Shown here: piece after piece, positions 62,533 through 64,000 of the stretch | How the letters are laid out: each line of letters begins with the position of its first letter | Position numbering within the stretch: the stretch's first letter is position 1 | DNA from: Clostridia bacterium | Lineage (GTDB): Bacteria > Bacillota > Clostridia > Oscillospirales > CAG-272 | Direction: 5' to 3' | NCBI GenBank assembly: GCA_017533565.1 | Contig: JAFXHU010000026.1 | Location: 1,949 to 65,948 of the forward strand | DNA: 64,000 nt | Notes under the pieces: generated by a model | Told to the model about the DNA's origin: nothing | Databases searched by the model: none | What the model saw: only the letters and a program-made list of their open reading frames with translations | Position numbers and translations under genes: made by a program

Positions 62533-63821
62533 ATGAAAGACAGAAAATTAAGCATAGAAACCACCTGCGTTCAGGGTGGATACAGCCCGAAAAGCGGAGA
62601 GCCGCGCCAAATTCCGATTATACAGTCAACGACCTTTAAATACGCCACGAGCGAGGATATGGGAAAGCTTTTTGACCTTGAGGCATCGGGATACTTCTAC
62701 TCCCGCCTTCAAAATCCCACCTGCGACACCGTTGCAGCGAGAATTTGCGCTCTTGAGGGAGGCACTGCCGCAATGCTCACCTCCTCGGGACAGGCGGCAA
62801 ACTTCTTTGCGATATTTAATATCGCGGGCGTGGGTGATCACGTCATTTCCTCCTCGGCAATTTACGGAGGCTCGTATAACCTTTTTGCGGTTACGATGAA
62901 GCGTATGGGTATTGATTTACCTTCGTTTCCCCCGACTCCACGGAGGAGGAGCTTCGCGCGGCATTCCGCCCAAATACGAAGGCACTTTTCGGAGAAACGA
63001 TAGCTAACCCCGCGCTTAACGTTATAGATATAGAGCTTTTTGCAAGGGTCGCGCACGAAAACGGCGTGCCGCTTATTATCGATAATACCTTTGCTACGCC
63101 CGTAAACTGCCGTCCCATCGAGTGGGGCGCGGATATAGTTACCCACTCCACCACGAAGTATATGGACGGACACGGCTCCGCTGTCGGCGGCTGTATCGTC
63201 GATTCGGGCAAATTCGACTGGTCGCGCTATCCCGAAAAATTTGCGGGGCTTTGCACTCCCGACGACTCCTATCACGGTATTACCTACGTTGAAAAATTCG
63301 GACTTGAGGGCGCGTTTATCACTAAATGCACGGCACAGCTTATGCGTGATTTCGGCTGTACGCAGTCGCCGCAAAGCGCCTACCTTCTCGGCTTGGGGCT
63401 TGAAAGCCTGCACGTAAGGATGCAGCGCCATTGCGAAAACGCTCTCGCGGTAGCGACCTTTCTCAAAAATCACGAGAAAATCAGCTGGGTAAGATACCCG
63501 GGTCTTGAGGGTGACAGGTATTACGAGCTTTCGCAAAAGTATATGCCAAACGGCACCTGCGGCGTAATAAGCTTCGGCGTAAAGGGCGGACGCTCCGCCG
63601 CGGAGAGATTTATGAAGGAGCTGAAGCTCGGTGCTATTGAAACGCACGTTGCCGATGCGCGCACCTGCTGCCTCCACCCCGCAAGCGCAACGCACAGACA
63701 GATGAACGACGAGGAGCTTCTCGCCGCGGGCGTAAGCGCAGACCTTGTAAGATACTCCTGCGGTATTGAAAACAAGGACGACCTTATCGCGGACATTGCC
63801 GACGCGCTTGAAAAGGTTTAA
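62533..63821 (+). pseudogene. metY: O-acetylhomoserine sulfhydrylase (MetY-type PLP enzyme) interrupted by a single-nucleotide frameshift
   Basis: The N-terminal frame (MKDRKLSIETTCVQGGY...MKRMGID) stops at 63003. Homology continues in the next frame from about 62915 (TFVSPDSTEEELRAAFRPNTKALFGETIANP...STTKYMDGHG). Confidence 0.7.
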
Positions 63822-63853
63822 AATTCCCAACCACTCGGCGAAAGGAGAGAGAT

Positions 63854-64000
63854 ATGCCGATTAAAATTCCAAACGAGCTTCCCGCGGTAAGGGTGCTTGA
63901 GGAGGAAAACATCTTCGTTATGACCGAGACGAGGGCTATAACACAGGATATACGCCCGCTTAAAATACTCATACTCAATCTTATGCCGACGAAGGTGGAT
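63854..64000 (+). CDS. metA: Homoserine O-acyltransferase MetA (N-terminal part; gene runs off right edge)
   Basis: [23 protein letters not shown]...[12 protein letters not shown] is the canonical MetA N-terminus. AGGAGAGAG RBS. Confidence 0.8.
   Translation, partial: MPIKIPNELPAVRVLEEENIFVMTETRAITQDIRPLKILILNLMPTKVD

Overview
This is a 64-kb chromosomal segment from a moderately high-GC, Clostridia-like anaerobe. Supporting signs are GGAGG ribosome-binding sites, many near-consensus TTGACA-17-TATAAT promoters, an Rnf complex, rubrerythrin and desulfoferrodoxin. I support about 55 protein genes, one tRNA-Thr(GGU), one cobalamin-riboswitch-like leader and many intrinsic terminators.

Gene content, left to right:
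- Two Gfo/Idh/MocA oxidoreductases, an AraC regulator and an M16C peptidase.
- A PerR-like regulator with rubrerythrin, then a divergent XRE/SLOG gene pair.
- An OmpR/histidine-kinase/GNAT chain.
- An EF-G/Tet(M)-like GTPase fused to a Rae1/YacP NYN RNase.
- A heparinase II/III-like protein, an MFS transporter, a GDPD phosphodiesterase, a THUMP methyltransferase, MntP and a HisJ-type phosphatase.
- A B12-leader/DUF4430/S-component unit, a small alarmone synthetase, tRNA-Thr and a MATE transporter.
- The cluster Gx transporter - NusG-II protein - rnfBAEGDC - ApbE - double FMN-bind-like lipoprotein.
- asnA, guaB, a cyclophilin, holA, a DUF1934 protein, mgsA, pfkA, a nucleoside hydrolase, MarR and an acyl-CoA ligase.
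- murQ plus an HTH-fused BadF-type kinase, then a secreted nuclease.
- A roughly 1-kb AT-rich islet, described below.
- A DUF1292 protein, an MFS transporter, a PHP phosphoesterase and two zinc-ribbon membrane paralogs.
- An orphan decarboxylase beta/gamma pair, desulfoferrodoxin, MgtC and a Na/Pi cotransporter.
- A frameshifted metY and the start of metA.

Most interesting observations:
1. The translational-GTPase::Rae1 nuclease fusion.
2. The AT-rich islet at about 52.5-53.5 kb. It holds an integrase remnant, two consensus-promoter/terminator mini-transcription units (candidate sRNAs), an orphan Lys-rich ORF whose RBS and start codon sit inside one of those promoters, and a 24-nt duplication.
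3. A PplA-like double-domain lipoprotein next to lipoprotein ApbE and Rnf, with G-C-T in place of the canonical G-A-T flavinylation motif.

All family calls come from motif recognition by eye. No database search was possible.
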